41,634 nt of DNA, taken from an uncultured Bacilli bacterium. Lineage in GTDB: Bacteria; Bacillota_I; Bacilli_A; RF39; UBA660. The position numbers and the translations under genes are program-made. The DNA lies in NCBI GenBank assembly GCA_947624115.1, contig CANQIS010000002.1:1-41634 (forward strand), in the 5' to 3' direction. Shown here piece by piece: positions 27,353-37,124 of the stretch (its first letter is position 1; the number at the start of each line of letters is the position of its first letter). The notes beneath the pieces are model-generated. The model searched no databases and was not told the origin of the DNA. It saw only the letters and a list, made by a program, of their open reading frames with translations.

Positions 27353-28228
27353 TCACATACCGCCAGATACTTCATACGCATCTGTAACAATAAAAAATGC
27401 ATTTTTATCAATTTGAAAAATACCTTCTTTTACTAAAAAATACTCTTTAGTTGGAATAATAAACATAATTACTTTTTGATGATTTCCAGTATAACCACCA
27501 CGACCATCTAAAACAGTAACACCATGTTTTAAAGTATCAGTAATATAACGTTTTACTTCTGTTTCATGCTCCGTAATAACATAAAATGCTTTCGATTGCG
27601 ACACGCCAAGTATTACTTTATCAGTCATTATACTAATAATATATAAAGAAATAACTGAATACATTACTTTAGTCCAACCAAAGACAAAAACACTACTAGC
27701 TATAATAATACCATCAGTAAAGAACATTGACGTTCCCAGTGACATTTTAAAATATTTAGATACTATTTGATTTAAAATATCTGTACCACCTGTTGTAAAA
27801 CCTGATTTAAAAATAAGACCAAGCCCAAAACCTGTTATCACAGCTCCAAATATTACTACAATAATTGGATCAGCATCACTTATGTTTATATACTTTACAA
27901 AAATAGCGGTTAACTTAACAAATACAGGATATAATAAAGAACCAATAATTGAATTTCTTGTTTTCTCAACGCCTAACAATATAAAACTAAGAATTAACAA
28001 TATCACTGAGCCAACCAAAATAACAAATGAAGGATCCCAACCAAAAGTTGTTTTAAAAATAACACCGAGCCCACCTACACCATATACAACTGAACTTGGC
28101 AACATAAACAAATTATAAGATAAAGCGACTACAAATACACCAACGATAAATTGAGCATACCTAACAAGTCGTCCTTTCGCATATACCAAATGCATAATAT
28201 TTTCATTAACTTTCTTTTTAAAAAACAT
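27353..28228 (-). CDS. YitT-family membrane protein (with C-terminal DUF2179 domain)
   Basis: It has five or so TM helices with a GGTDIL motif and a C-terminal soluble domain (GVTVLDGRGGYTG...IPTKE). It starts 4 nt after the prfB stop. Confidence 0.8.
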   Translation of the reverse strand: MFFKKKVNENIMHLVYAKGRLVRYAQFIVGVFVVALSYNLFMLPSSVVYGVGGLGVIFKTTFGWDPSFVILVGSVILLILSFILLGVEKTRNSIIGSLLYPVFVKLTAIFVKYINISDADPIIVVIFGAVITGFGLGLIFKSGFTTGGTDILNQIVSKYFKMSLGTSMFFTDGIIIASSVFVFGWTKVMYSVISLYIISIMTDKVILGVSQSKAFYVITEHETEVKRYITDTLKHGVTVLDGRGGYTGNHQKVIMFIIPTKEYFLVKEGIFQIDKNAFFIVTDAYEVSGGM

Positions 28229-28232
28229 AATC

Positions 28233-29334
28233 TTAACTTCTCCTTTTTAAATTTGAATTTATAAACATATCAATATCACCATCTAAAACTTTACTAACAT
28301 TACTTGTTTCCACATTAGTACGATGATCTTTAACCATTGAATATGGATGCATTACATAACTCCTTATTTGTGAACCAAAATTTATATCTTGTAATTCACC
28401 TTTAAATTCTTTCAAATCATTTTGTTGCTTTTCTAATTCCATTTGATATAATTTATTTTTCAATATTTCCATTGCCTTTTCTTTATTTTGAATTTGACTT
28501 CTTTCATTTTGACAAGTCACAACTATTTTAGTCGGTAAATGTGTTATCCTAACCGCACTATCAGTTGTATTGACTCCTTGTCCACCACAACCACTAGAAC
28601 GATATACATCAATCCTAATATCCGCTTCGTTAATTTCTATGTCTATATCTTGATTATCAAATAAAGGAGTAACATCAACAGAAGCAAACGAAGTATGGCG
28701 TCTAGAATTAGAATCAAATGGTGATAATCTAATTAATCTATGAACACCTTTTTCATTTTTTAAATAGCCATAACTATTTAAACCATGTACTAATAAAGTT
28801 GAACTTTTTATACCTACTTCTTCACCAAGTTGTTCATCAATTATTTCATATTTATATTTTTTATTATCACACCATCTTAAATACATTCTCTTTAACATAT
28901 TAGCCCAATCACAAGCTTCAGTTCCACCTGCACCACTATGAATTTCTATTAAAGCATCATAAGAATCATATTTTCCATTTAATAATAAAGCAACTTCCAA
29001 ATTACTTAACTTATCACCAACAATAGAAATCTGTTCTTCTAACAACGACTGCATATCTAGATCATTATCTGCCTTTAATAATTCCAAAGTTTCAATACAA
29101 TTTAACACATCTTCCCTTAAAGAATTAACATCTTTAAGTTGTTTCTTTAAATAATTTATTTCATTAATTACTTTTTCACTATTAATTCTATCATTCCAAA
29201 AATCGGCATTAGACATTTGTTTTTCCAAGTATAAAATTCTTTCTTGTTTTAATTCTGGTTCAAAGAGACCTCCATAAATCATCTATTCTATTCAAATACT
29301 CATTATAAAATTTTAACATTTCATTTATTTCCAT
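28233..29334 (-). CDS. prfB: Peptide chain release factor 2, expressed by a programmed +1 frameshift
   Basis: It has an SPF motif (RLSPFDS) and a GGQ motif (SGCGGQGVN). Frame 0 runs from the ATG at 29334: MEINEMLKFYNEYLNRIDDLWRSL, then UGA at 29262..29260. The +1 frame continues EPELKQER.. The shift site is GGAGG-TCT-CTT-TGA-A. Confidence 0.9.
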
Positions 29335-29423
29335 ACCCATCATCCATTCTAAAATAATTATAACATTTATCATTACAGAAGTAAATTAATGCTCAAAAAA
29401 ATTATTCAAAATAAATATATCAT

Positions 29424-31055
29424 CTAACTATCTATCCAAGAAATTTCATAATCATTTATTTTAAAATAATTTTTATACCACTCCAATACATAATCATAAT
29501 TATCGGCGGTATGATAAGAATATTCCTCATATTTTATTCTTTTCAACTCAATACAACCATTATAATCAAAAAAAGACATCAAACTAATATTGCTAAAACC
29601 ATTTTTCTCTAATTCTGACTTATATTTTCTAATATAATATAATTTTTCATTATTATATCGCACTGCTTTTGAATTAACATAATAATGATACATTATGTCA
29701 CCAAAACAAAATAAATGATATCCAACAAATAAACAAATTAATAATTTATTTATTTTATAATAATCAAATTTTTTTAAACAATAAATTAAACCAACTATCA
29801 ATAACAAAATACTTATATAATAATTAATAAAAATAGAATATAGTAATAATATTAAAAATCTCTGTTTCTTATTACTATTGAAATAACAGTATAATAACAA
29901 CATAGTCATCGAAACAATTAATAATAAATAGAAGCGATATATATTATAAGAAACCAATAAAATTGAAACTAAACTAGAACAAATACCAGCTATAACTAAA
30001 TACATATAATATTTTTTTTGACCATCTTTAAAAGATATAAAAAAGTTATAAACATTTAAAATTAAATAGATAAAAGTAACAATAAAAAATCCATTATTTA
30101 AATTAATAAAGTTTATTTTTATAGATAGTAAAAAGCAAAATAATATTACAATATTAAAACATAATAAAAAAACTGAACAAACAAAATTGAATAAAGATTT
30201 ACTCTTTTTTAACAAATTAATATTTGAAATAACCGATAACATAAATATACAACGTATAATACTAGATGTATTGAATAAAAAATTAAAATAATCTTTCATT
30301 TTATAAATAAATGAAGATAAGAAATTTAAATCACCATTTTCAGTTCTTAATCTAGCAATATTACCTGGTATTAATAATAATAAAACCAAACAAAATATAG
30401 AAAATAATAATATTCTTTTTATACTTTTCCTACTTTTTAATTTTTTATCTTGTAAAATAAAAAGCAAAAAAACAATTCCAAATATCAATGTACTTTCCAT
30501 AAAAAAGCTAACAATAAAAAATAAAACACAACAGACCACAAAACGACATTTTGACATTTCTTTATCATTAATAATACAATCCAATAAAAAATAAACTATG
30601 ATAAATAACGGTAAACTGCCCCATAGATACAAAACAGTACCATAAGTCCAATACAAAATTTCTTTAGATATTTTTACATTTAAACCTACAAAAACTAAAG
30701 AAAATAGAAAAATCAATTGTGATTGATTATATTTTTTTTTAACATCAATTATTCTAGCTAGAAAAAAACATATACAAAATAGAAAAATTGGATTTAACAC
30801 TCTAAATACTACATAATTTCCAAAATTTAATATAATTAAAACCAAAAAATGTCCAAGTAATCTTCCCGACCAATCATAAAAAAACCACGATAAAAAATCA
30901 ATATAATTATGAATATTATATTTATCTGACACTAATATACTATAATCATCTGCATAATAAAACACATTCTGCATTTGTAAAAAAAATAAAATATAAAGTA
31001 TCAACAATAAAATTTGATACTTATATTTTAATAAAAAAGCAACTACTTTTTTCAT
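29424..31055 (-). CDS. Large polytopic membrane protein, GT-C-like (putative glycosyltransferase fold; function uncertain)
   Basis: This 543-aa protein has at least 12 predicted TM helices. An acidic motif (YYADDYS) follows TM1, as in GT-C / DUF6056-type enzymes, and there is a C-terminal soluble tail. Its start is 1 nt after the yutD stop (TAG-T-ATG). Confidence 0.6.
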   Translation of the reverse strand: MKKVVAFLLKYKYQILLLILYILFFLQMQNVFYYADDYSILVSDKYNIHNYIDFLSWFFYDWSGRLLGHFLVLIILNFGNYVVFRVLNPIFLFCICFFLARIIDVKKKYNQSQLIFLFSLVFVGLNVKISKEILYWTYGTVLYLWGSLPLFIIVYFLLDCIINDKEMSKCRFVVCCVLFFIVSFFMESTLIFGIVFLLFILQDKKLKSRKSIKRILLFSIFCLVLLLLIPGNIARLRTENGDLNFLSSFIYKMKDYFNFLFNTSSIIRCIFMLSVISNINLLKKSKSLFNFVCSVFLLCFNIVILFCFLLSIKINFINLNNGFFIVTFIYLILNVYNFFISFKDGQKKYYMYLVIAGICSSLVSILLVSYNIYRFYLLLIVSMTMLLLYCYFNSNKKQRFLILLLYSIFINYYISILLLIVGLIYCLKKFDYYKINKLLICLFVGYHLFCFGDIMYHYYVNSKAVRYNNEKLYYIRKYKSELEKNGFSNISLMSFFDYNGCIELKRIKYEEYSYHTADNYDYVLEWYKNYFKINDYEISWIDS

Positions 31056-31056
31056 A

Positions 31057-31332
31057 CTACACCTTTTTTAAAACAAAATACTTACATTCATAAGCACAAT
31101 GCTTTTTTATATATTCTTTATAATTAGAGAAATCATTTATCTCACTACATTTTTTATTATTTTTTTCATAAAAACCTTTAAGACGTAATTTACCATAAGC
31201 CCAATCACCTAAAATATAATCATAATCATAAAAGAAATCAGTATACTTAGCTAAAACCTCGCTATAATCAAATCCATCTTTATAATTTTCAATTAATTCA
31301 TAACTTATTTCATCAAATTTATATTTTTTCAC
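31057..31332 (-). CDS. yutD: YutD-like protein (DUF1027)
   Basis: YELIENYKDGFDYSEVLAKYTDFFYDYDYILGDWAYGKLRLKGFY matches the YutD family pattern. It has a GTG start 1 nt after the upstream TAA, with SD AGGAG. Confidence 0.75.
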   Translation of the reverse strand: MKKYKFDEISYELIENYKDGFDYSEVLAKYTDFFYDYDYILGDWAYGKLRLKGFYEKNNKKCSEINDFSNYKEYIKKHCAYECKYFVLKKV

Positions 31333-31333
31333 A

Positions 31334-33049
31334 TTAATACTCCTTTTTAAAAGCAGGTGCTATAAATCTATATTTTACCAAACTAGAACCAGAATTCCAA
31401 GTCATATATCCACCATTTAAACCAGAATCATATAATCCCTTAATTTGATCAGCTACCTTATTAGAATCATAGACTATATATGGGCTTTTAATTGTATCAT
31501 ATGTTTGAATCCAAGTGCGAACAATTGCCGGTGTTGCAATTTCAGTCTGACGAGCTGCTGCATAAGAACCCCACGTACTCATAAGCTTATATGGAACAGT
31601 CCAAACAACTTCAGAAATACCAAAATCATGAGCATTAAAATGATCAGGATATGGCATCGCACTTATTACATCAACAACATTTGATATGCTTGGCCAATAC
31701 TGACCATAAGCAGCCACATAAGTATAAGCTGACTCACCAAATACATCGACCGATACATAAGCTCCAACGGCGTGTATTTCATCACAAGCATACATCAAAA
31801 AACGTTGGATAGCTTGAGCTTTTTCTTCATTATAATTATTTCTCATATTCATTGTTCCATTTTCTTCCAAAGTATAAGTACGATCAGGAAAACGAACATA
31901 ATCAAATTGAATCTCATTAAATCCCATTTCTTGAACTGCTTCAATTGCTAACTTAACATTAAACTCCCAAACTTTTCGTTGATAAGCACTAGGCCAATAT
32001 GAACCATTATGTGAAAAAAGAGCTGAATTTCCACTATTTACAATCGCATATTCAGGATGATCTTGAGCAAAATAATGATCCTTAAAAGTTGTAATACGAC
32101 CAATCACATAAAAGCCATTATCTTTTAATTTTTTTATAACCGATTGATAATATTCAAAAGAATTAATCGCATGTTCATAATTTGTAGGAGATAATTCCTG
32201 CATAACTGGAGAAGCATACGATGGTGCACCACTATCTTTAATATCTACAACAAAAGCATTAATATTATTCTCTTTAGCTAAAGATATATATTCATCAACA
32301 TTATCTAAAACTCCACCATTTAAATACAAACTTCTAACCTCACTTGGCATAACATTATCTTCAAAATGTGGTTTTTCATAAGGATAATAGTCCAAATTCC
32401 CAGCAGAACCACCACCATAAATATCCTCACGTGCTAAATGAATTTTATAATTACCAGATTCATCATAATTTAAAATTGCCTCATCATACGAACTTACCAA
32501 ATATTTTTGATATACATAACCTTCTAATTCTTCATATTTAACTTTATATTTTGAAACATTACCATCATCTAATAATTTATCAAAACCAATAATATCTAAT
32601 TTAGAACCCTTATCTACTAACCCAACAAGTTCAACTCCATCACTACTTTTATAAACAGAAACAGGAGTTCTAACATACATCTCTTTTTCTAAAACAACCA
32701 TATTCTTATCATCAACTAAGTTATCACTTTTAATTAAATATTCATTATCATTATAAATTACTTTATAATAAATGCTTAAATCTTCTTCATTTAATTCATT
32801 AGTAATCTCTTTATCATAAACACTAACTAAATTACCTCTTACAATCGTATCTATCTTTTCATATTCTAAATTATACAAATCACTAGTTAACATAGAACTT
32901 GCAATATACATATCCTTAATATTAATTTTTTCTTCCCTTTTTGATTTAAATAATTTAATACCAAAAAACAATAACAATCCTACAATTAAAAATACAAATA
33001 ATAAAAATAATACTTTCAATAATAAAATTTTCTTCTTTCTCATAGACAT
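31334..33049 (-). CDS. Membrane-anchored putative glycoside hydrolase-like protein (DUF4015-type TIM barrel) with N-terminal SH3-like repeats
   Basis: It has an N-terminal TM anchor. The segments VRSLYLNGG...INAFVVDIKD, GRITTFKD and FNEIQFDYVRFPD are characteristic of the DUF4015 / GH-like family. Confidence 0.75.
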   Translation of the reverse strand: MSMRKKKILLLKVLFLLFVFLIVGLLLFFGIKLFKSKREEKINIKDMYIASSMLTSDLYNLEYEKIDTIVRGNLVSVYDKEITNELNEEDLSIYYKVIYNDNEYLIKSDNLVDDKNMVVLEKEMYVRTPVSVYKSSDGVELVGLVDKGSKLDIIGFDKLLDDGNVSKYKVKYEELEGYVYQKYLVSSYDEAILNYDESGNYKIHLAREDIYGGGSAGNLDYYPYEKPHFEDNVMPSEVRSLYLNGGVLDNVDEYISLAKENNINAFVVDIKDSGAPSYASPVMQELSPTNYEHAINSFEYYQSVIKKLKDNGFYVIGRITTFKDHYFAQDHPEYAIVNSGNSALFSHNGSYWPSAYQRKVWEFNVKLAIEAVQEMGFNEIQFDYVRFPDRTYTLEENGTMNMRNNYNEEKAQAIQRFLMYACDEIHAVGAYVSVDVFGESAYTYVAAYGQYWPSISNVVDVISAMPYPDHFNAHDFGISEVVWTVPYKLMSTWGSYAAARQTEIATPAIVRTWIQTYDTIKSPYIVYDSNKVADQIKGLYDSGLNGGYMTWNSGSSLVKYRFIAPAFKKEY

Positions 33050-33060
33050 CTCACTTCTTT

Positions 33061-33834
33061 TTAAATATTTGGTATCGTCAAAGGAATAGAACTGTTATTT
33101 AATCCACCTATTAAATATTCAGGTACTAAACCTTGAACCATCTTTATCGCAACTGGTATATCAGTTTCAACCACAATTGTATCACTAATGAGTGGTAAAA
33201 TTACCTTGGACTCCATCCTCACACTAACACTTACCTCAATTAAAGCATTATTTATACCATAATTAGTAACTTTGGTATTAAAATTACTAACAATATCACC
33301 TATCAAACTAAATTTAACAGGAATTTTTGGTCCTAAATTAGCAAGTAAAGAATTCTGAAATACTACACCACTTGGAATTTCATAAATAATACCTTTCGAT
33401 AACTTTTCTTCATCATAATCAATTAAAACATTATCAGGTAATTCCAATAAATCTAATTTGCCTTCTTCTAAATACTTAATATTAAGTTGAATAGTATTAA
33501 CAATTTTCGTCAAAGTTTTATTTACCATCACTGGATCAAAATCAATTGTTCTTATTTCATTATTACTATCACGTGTTATTATAAACATCTCTAAAACATC
33601 TAAATCCTCAGTAACTTGTTTTGAAATTGCTCTATTTATAATTAAAGTTGAAAACTTTTTTACTTGACTAGACGCATAATTTACTAAAATTGGTACCACA
33701 TTATTATTAAGATAATTCAAACTAAATCTCACTGCAAATATAATTAAAACTAAAACTATAATAACAATATTAGAAATACCCAATTTAAATCGACATTTTT
33801 TTTTCAAATGAATTCTTCTTCTCATAACAATCAC
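33061..33834 (-). CDS. yunB: Sporulation protein YunB
   Basis: It has an N-terminal TM helix and a conserved YunB-like core (VVPILVNYASSQVKKFSTLIINRAISKQV...). The 257-aa length fits. The start is either GTG at 33834 or ATG at 33825. Confidence 0.7.
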   Translation of the reverse strand: MIVMRRRIHLKKKCRFKLGISNIVIIVLVLIIFAVRFSLNYLNNNVVPILVNYASSQVKKFSTLIINRAISKQVTEDLDVLEMFIITRDSNNEIRTIDFDPVMVNKTLTKIVNTIQLNIKYLEEGKLDLLELPDNVLIDYDEEKLSKGIIYEIPSGVVFQNSLLANLGPKIPVKFSLIGDIVSNFNTKVTNYGINNALIEVSVSVRMESKVILPLISDTIVVETDIPVAIKMVQGLVPEYLIGGLNNSSIPLTIPNI

Positions 33835-33972
33835 ATTCCTAATATATTATATAAAAAGCACATGATTATTATGTTTTATCTATTCTTTATTATTATATCA
33901 AAAAAATTATTGAATAAACAATATTTTGTATAAATTTTAATAAAATTCCAAATAATAATTATGGTGATACTT

Positions 33973-34431
33973 ATGGAAATAGAAAAAATTATGACAAAGC
34001 ACATTATTGTTGGCAGTATAACAAACACTTTATTAGAAGTCGCATTAATTATGCAGAAATATGATATTGGTTTTCTACCAATAATAGATAAAAATAAAAT
34101 TGTTGGCGTTATTACCGATCGTGATATCGTTATAAATGCTATTAGTAATAATTGCAGTGCTAACGATCTAATTGAAAAATATATAACAAAAAATGTAATT
34201 ACAATTAACCAAAATGAAACAATTGATAATGCTTTATCAATAATGAGTCAAAAACAAATAAAAAGACTAATTGTCATAAGTGAAAATAAAATTGTTGGTA
34301 TACTATCATTATCTGATATTATTAATCATAATCAACAAGCAGTCAATATAATAAATATCCTAAAACAAATTTGGAAAATTAATCGAAACGATGATTTATT
34401 TAAAACAGAAATAGATGAATTTTATTTATAA
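33973..34431 (+). CDS. CBS domain pair protein
   Basis: It contains two CBS motifs (..IMQKYDIGFLPIIDKNKIVGVITDRDIV.. and ..MSQKQIKRLIVISENKIVGILSLSDI..). SD GGTGAT lies upstream of the ATG at 33973. Confidence 0.8.
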   Translation: MEIEKIMTKHIIVGSITNTLLEVALIMQKYDIGFLPIIDKNKIVGVITDRDIVINAISNNCSANDLIEKYITKNVITINQNETIDNALSIMSQKQIKRLIVISENKIVGILSLSDIINHNQQAVNIINILKQIWKINRNDDLFKTEIDEFYL

Positions 34432-34453
34432 CAGTTTAAAACTGTTTTTTTTT
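34430..34453 (+). terminator. Rho-independent terminator after the CBS gene
   Basis: AACAGTTT/AAACTGTT forms a palindromic stem, followed by T9. Confidence 0.7.
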
Positions 34454-34548
34454 ATTAACTTACATTTAAAAATATACACTAGACAAACAAAAAAAAAACA
34501 GTTATAATTATATAGTCAGATTTCAAGAAAAAAAAGAAAGGAGATTTT

Positions 34549-36240
34549 ATGAAATTTTTCAACAACGATGACACCAAAGTATTCGCACTTGGTGGACTTG
34601 GTGAAGTCGGAAAAAATATGTATTGTATAATGCATAATAACGAAATTATAATTATTGATGCGGGTATTACTTTTCCAGAAGGAGATTTACTTGGAGTTGA
34701 TTATGTAATTCCAGATTATTCATTCCTAAAGAAAAACGAAAACAAAATTAAAGCTTTATTTATTACTCATGGTCATGAAGATCATATTGGAGGAATTCCT
34801 TTTCTATTACAAACAGTCAATATTCCTGCCATATATGCTCCAAATCAAGCAGTAGGCTTAATAAAAAGAAAACTTGAAGAAAAAAATATTCAATATAAAA
34901 ATTTATTTATATATACGGAAAAAACAATTGTAAAATATAAAAATATTCAGGTAGAATTCTTTAGAACTACCCATTCTATCCCTGACTCACATGGTATATG
35001 TGTTACAACACCAAATGGTATAATAGTAGCAACTGGTGATTTTAAATTTGACTTTACACCAATTGGACCAGTAGCTAATTTACATAAAATGGCAGAAATT
35101 GGATCACGTGGAGTTACATTATTATTAAGTGATAGTACTAATGCTTTAAATGAAGGTATGTCAGTTAGTGAATCAAAAGTTGATGAAGCATTAGGCGAAA
35201 TTTTTAAACGACACAATGGTCGTATTATCATCGCCACTTTCGCTTCCAATATATATCGTTTAAAACACATAGTTGATACTTGTAAAAGGAATGATCGGAA
35301 AATCGTTACATTTGGCCGTAGTATGGAAACAAACATAGAAATATCAATCGAAGGTGGATATATAAAGCATAAGGATATTTTTATAACACCAGAAGAAAGC
35401 AAAAAATTACCACCTAATAAAGTTTGTATATTATGTACAGGTAGCCAAGGTGAACCACTAGCCGCCCTAACTAGAATTGCTAACGGAAATCATAAACAAA
35501 TAAAATTACAAGATGATGATGTCGTAGTTTTCTCATCTTCAACCATTCCTGGTAATGCTCTAAGTATTTCAAGAACGATAAACAAACTATATTTAAAAGG
35601 CGTAGAAGTTTACACTAACACTTCATTAAGTGATATCCACACTTCAGGCCACGGTAATAAAGAAGAACTAAAATTAATGATAAGACTAATTAATCCAAAA
35701 TACTTTATGCCATTTCATGGTGAATATAGAATGCTAAAAAGTCATGCTGATATCGCTATCGATTGCGATATTCCTAAAGAAAATACATTCGTTTTAGGTA
35801 ATGGCGATATTGTTTCAATTTATAAAGGACAAGCAAAACTTGCTGGTTCCATTCAAGCAAATGATATTTATGTTGATGGAAATCGTATTGGTGATGTTAG
35901 TAATGCCGTTATAAGAGATAGAAAAATAATGTCCAATGATGGAATTGTTGTTGTTATAACAAATATAGACACCATTAATAATAAATTACTTGGTAGTCCA
36001 AATATAACTACAAGAGGATTTGTACTAGTTAATGAAAATGAAGAACTACTAAAAAAATTAGAAGAAATAAGTAAAAACGCAATTATATCAAAATTAAATC
36101 AACAAATAAATTATTCCGATATAAAAAATGAAATTATAAATCAATTATCTAATTATATTTTTGAAAAAACTGGTCGAAAACCTATTATCCTACCAGTTAT
36201 CATGGATATAAAAAGAAATGTAAAAGTTACCGCTAAATAA
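34549..36240 (+). CDS. rnj: Ribonuclease J
   Basis: It has the metallo-beta-lactamase motif HGHEDHIGG, beta-CASP architecture and the RNase J C-terminal domain. SD AAAGGAG lies upstream. Confidence 0.95.
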   Translation: MKFFNNDDTKVFALGGLGEVGKNMYCIMHNNEIIIIDAGITFPEGDLLGVDYVIPDYSFLKKNENKIKALFITHGHEDHIGGIPFLLQTVNIPAIYAPNQAVGLIKRKLEEKNIQYKNLFIYTEKTIVKYKNIQVEFFRTTHSIPDSHGICVTTPNGIIVATGDFKFDFTPIGPVANLHKMAEIGSRGVTLLLSDSTNALNEGMSVSESKVDEALGEIFKRHNGRIIIATFASNIYRLKHIVDTCKRNDRKIVTFGRSMETNIEISIEGGYIKHKDIFITPEESKKLPPNKVCILCTGSQGEPLAALTRIANGNHKQIKLQDDDVVVFSSSTIPGNALSISRTINKLYLKGVEVYTNTSLSDIHTSGHGNKEELKLMIRLINPKYFMPFHGEYRMLKSHADIAIDCDIPKENTFVLGNGDIVSIYKGQAKLAGSIQANDIYVDGNRIGDVSNAVIRDRKIMSNDGIVVVITNIDTINNKLLGSPNITTRGFVLVNENEELLKKLEEISKNAIISKLNQQINYSDIKNEIINQLSNYIFEKTGRKPIILPVIMDIKRNVKVTAK

Positions 36241-36283
36241 TAAAAAAAGCAAAATTATTTATCTAATTTTACTTTTTTTTTTG

Positions 36284-36694
36284 CTAAGAAATATTCGAAA
36301 AAATCTTATAACTACTTGAATTACTATTTACTTTAGTAAGTGTTTTACTACTTGAAATATTATTTCCATTATCCTCTATAGAATTATTATTTTTAGTTTC
36401 TTGTTTCATTGTTTCAACAAAATTACGGCCACTAATTTTATCATTATGAAACAAATTATTTAAAACTGTTATATCGTGTTCTAAATACATTTTCGCAGTA
36501 GTTCTCTTTTCACCCATTGCTACATTAAAATATTCTAAACTTCGAGTACAATCTAAAATTTGAGCAGAAGTTATATCATTACTTTGAAATTTCTTTCTAT
36601 ATTCATTTATTTCTAATTTATTAGTTATGCCTGCTGCCGACATATAATATCCGATTCTTGGTTCAATGGAACTCATTATCACACTATTATTCAT
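36284..36694 (-). CDS. Hypothetical protein (136 aa) with an N/S-rich low-complexity tail
   Basis: This ORF follows 36730..36957 after a 35-nt gap, with SD-like TGAGGTGAAG upstream. I recognised no family. Confidence 0.5.
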   Translation of the reverse strand: MNNSVIMSSIEPRIGYYMSAAGITNKLEINEYRKKFQSNDITSAQILDCTRSLEYFNVAMGEKRTTAKMYLEHDITVLNNLFHNDKISGRNFVETMKQETKNNNSIEDNGNNISSSKTLTKVNSNSSSYKIFSNIS

Positions 36695-36729
36695 AACTTC
36701 ACCTCAAATTATTTTCCCTTTCTTATTCT

Positions 36730-36957
36730 TTAATATTGAATATAATTATTCATAATTGCATCATTATTCAATTTAGCATACAAAAATATATTAGTACCAT
36801 CATATTTTAAAACATCTTTATTTAATTCATCTATACCAGACAAAACATTAGTAAAATGTTGCATAGTCTCAGCACTCATATATTTTCTTCTTTTAGACTT
36901 TGATATTCTTTTTACTACTTTTTCTAATTCCGCAATTTGTGTAGTTAATTCTTTCAT
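36730..36957 (-). CDS. Hypothetical small protein (75 aa), helical and basic N-terminus
   Basis: A strong SD (TAGGAGGAATAAT) precedes the ATG, and a candidate promoter lies upstream. I recognised no family. Confidence 0.5.
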   Translation of the reverse strand: MKELTTQIAELEKVVKRISKSKRRKYMSAETMQHFTNVLSGIDELNKDVLKYDGTNIFLYAKLNNDAIMNNYIQY

Positions 36958-36980
36958 ATTATTCCTCCTAGCTTAATTTT

Positions 36981-37010
36981 ATTTTACATCTTGCATATAA
37001 AAAGTGTCAA
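36981..37010 (-). promoter_or_regulatory. Sigma-A-type promoter candidate for the 36957..36284 two-gene unit
   Basis: The minus strand reads TTGACA (37010..37005), an 18-nt spacer, then TAAAAT (36986..36981). The -35 is one arm of the inverted repeat TGTCAATA-N12-TATTGACA (37005..37032). Confidence 0.45.
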
Positions 37011-37124
37011 TATATTTGATACATTATTGACATCTATAAATGTAAAGCAATTATATTATTAGTATTTACTATTTTTAGGTTTTTATTAGAAAAAATAAGA
37101 CATACTATAAATATGGAGGATTTT

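Noticed and set aside
27882-28118. Plus-strand 78-aa ORF antisense to the yitT-family gene
   Set aside because: It is a shadow ORF.
31445-31684. Plus-strand 79-aa ORF antisense to the DUF4015-like gene
   Set aside because: It is a shadow ORF.
34947-35402. Minus-strand 151-aa ORF inside rnj
   Set aside because: It is antisense to the highly conserved RNase J catalytic domain.
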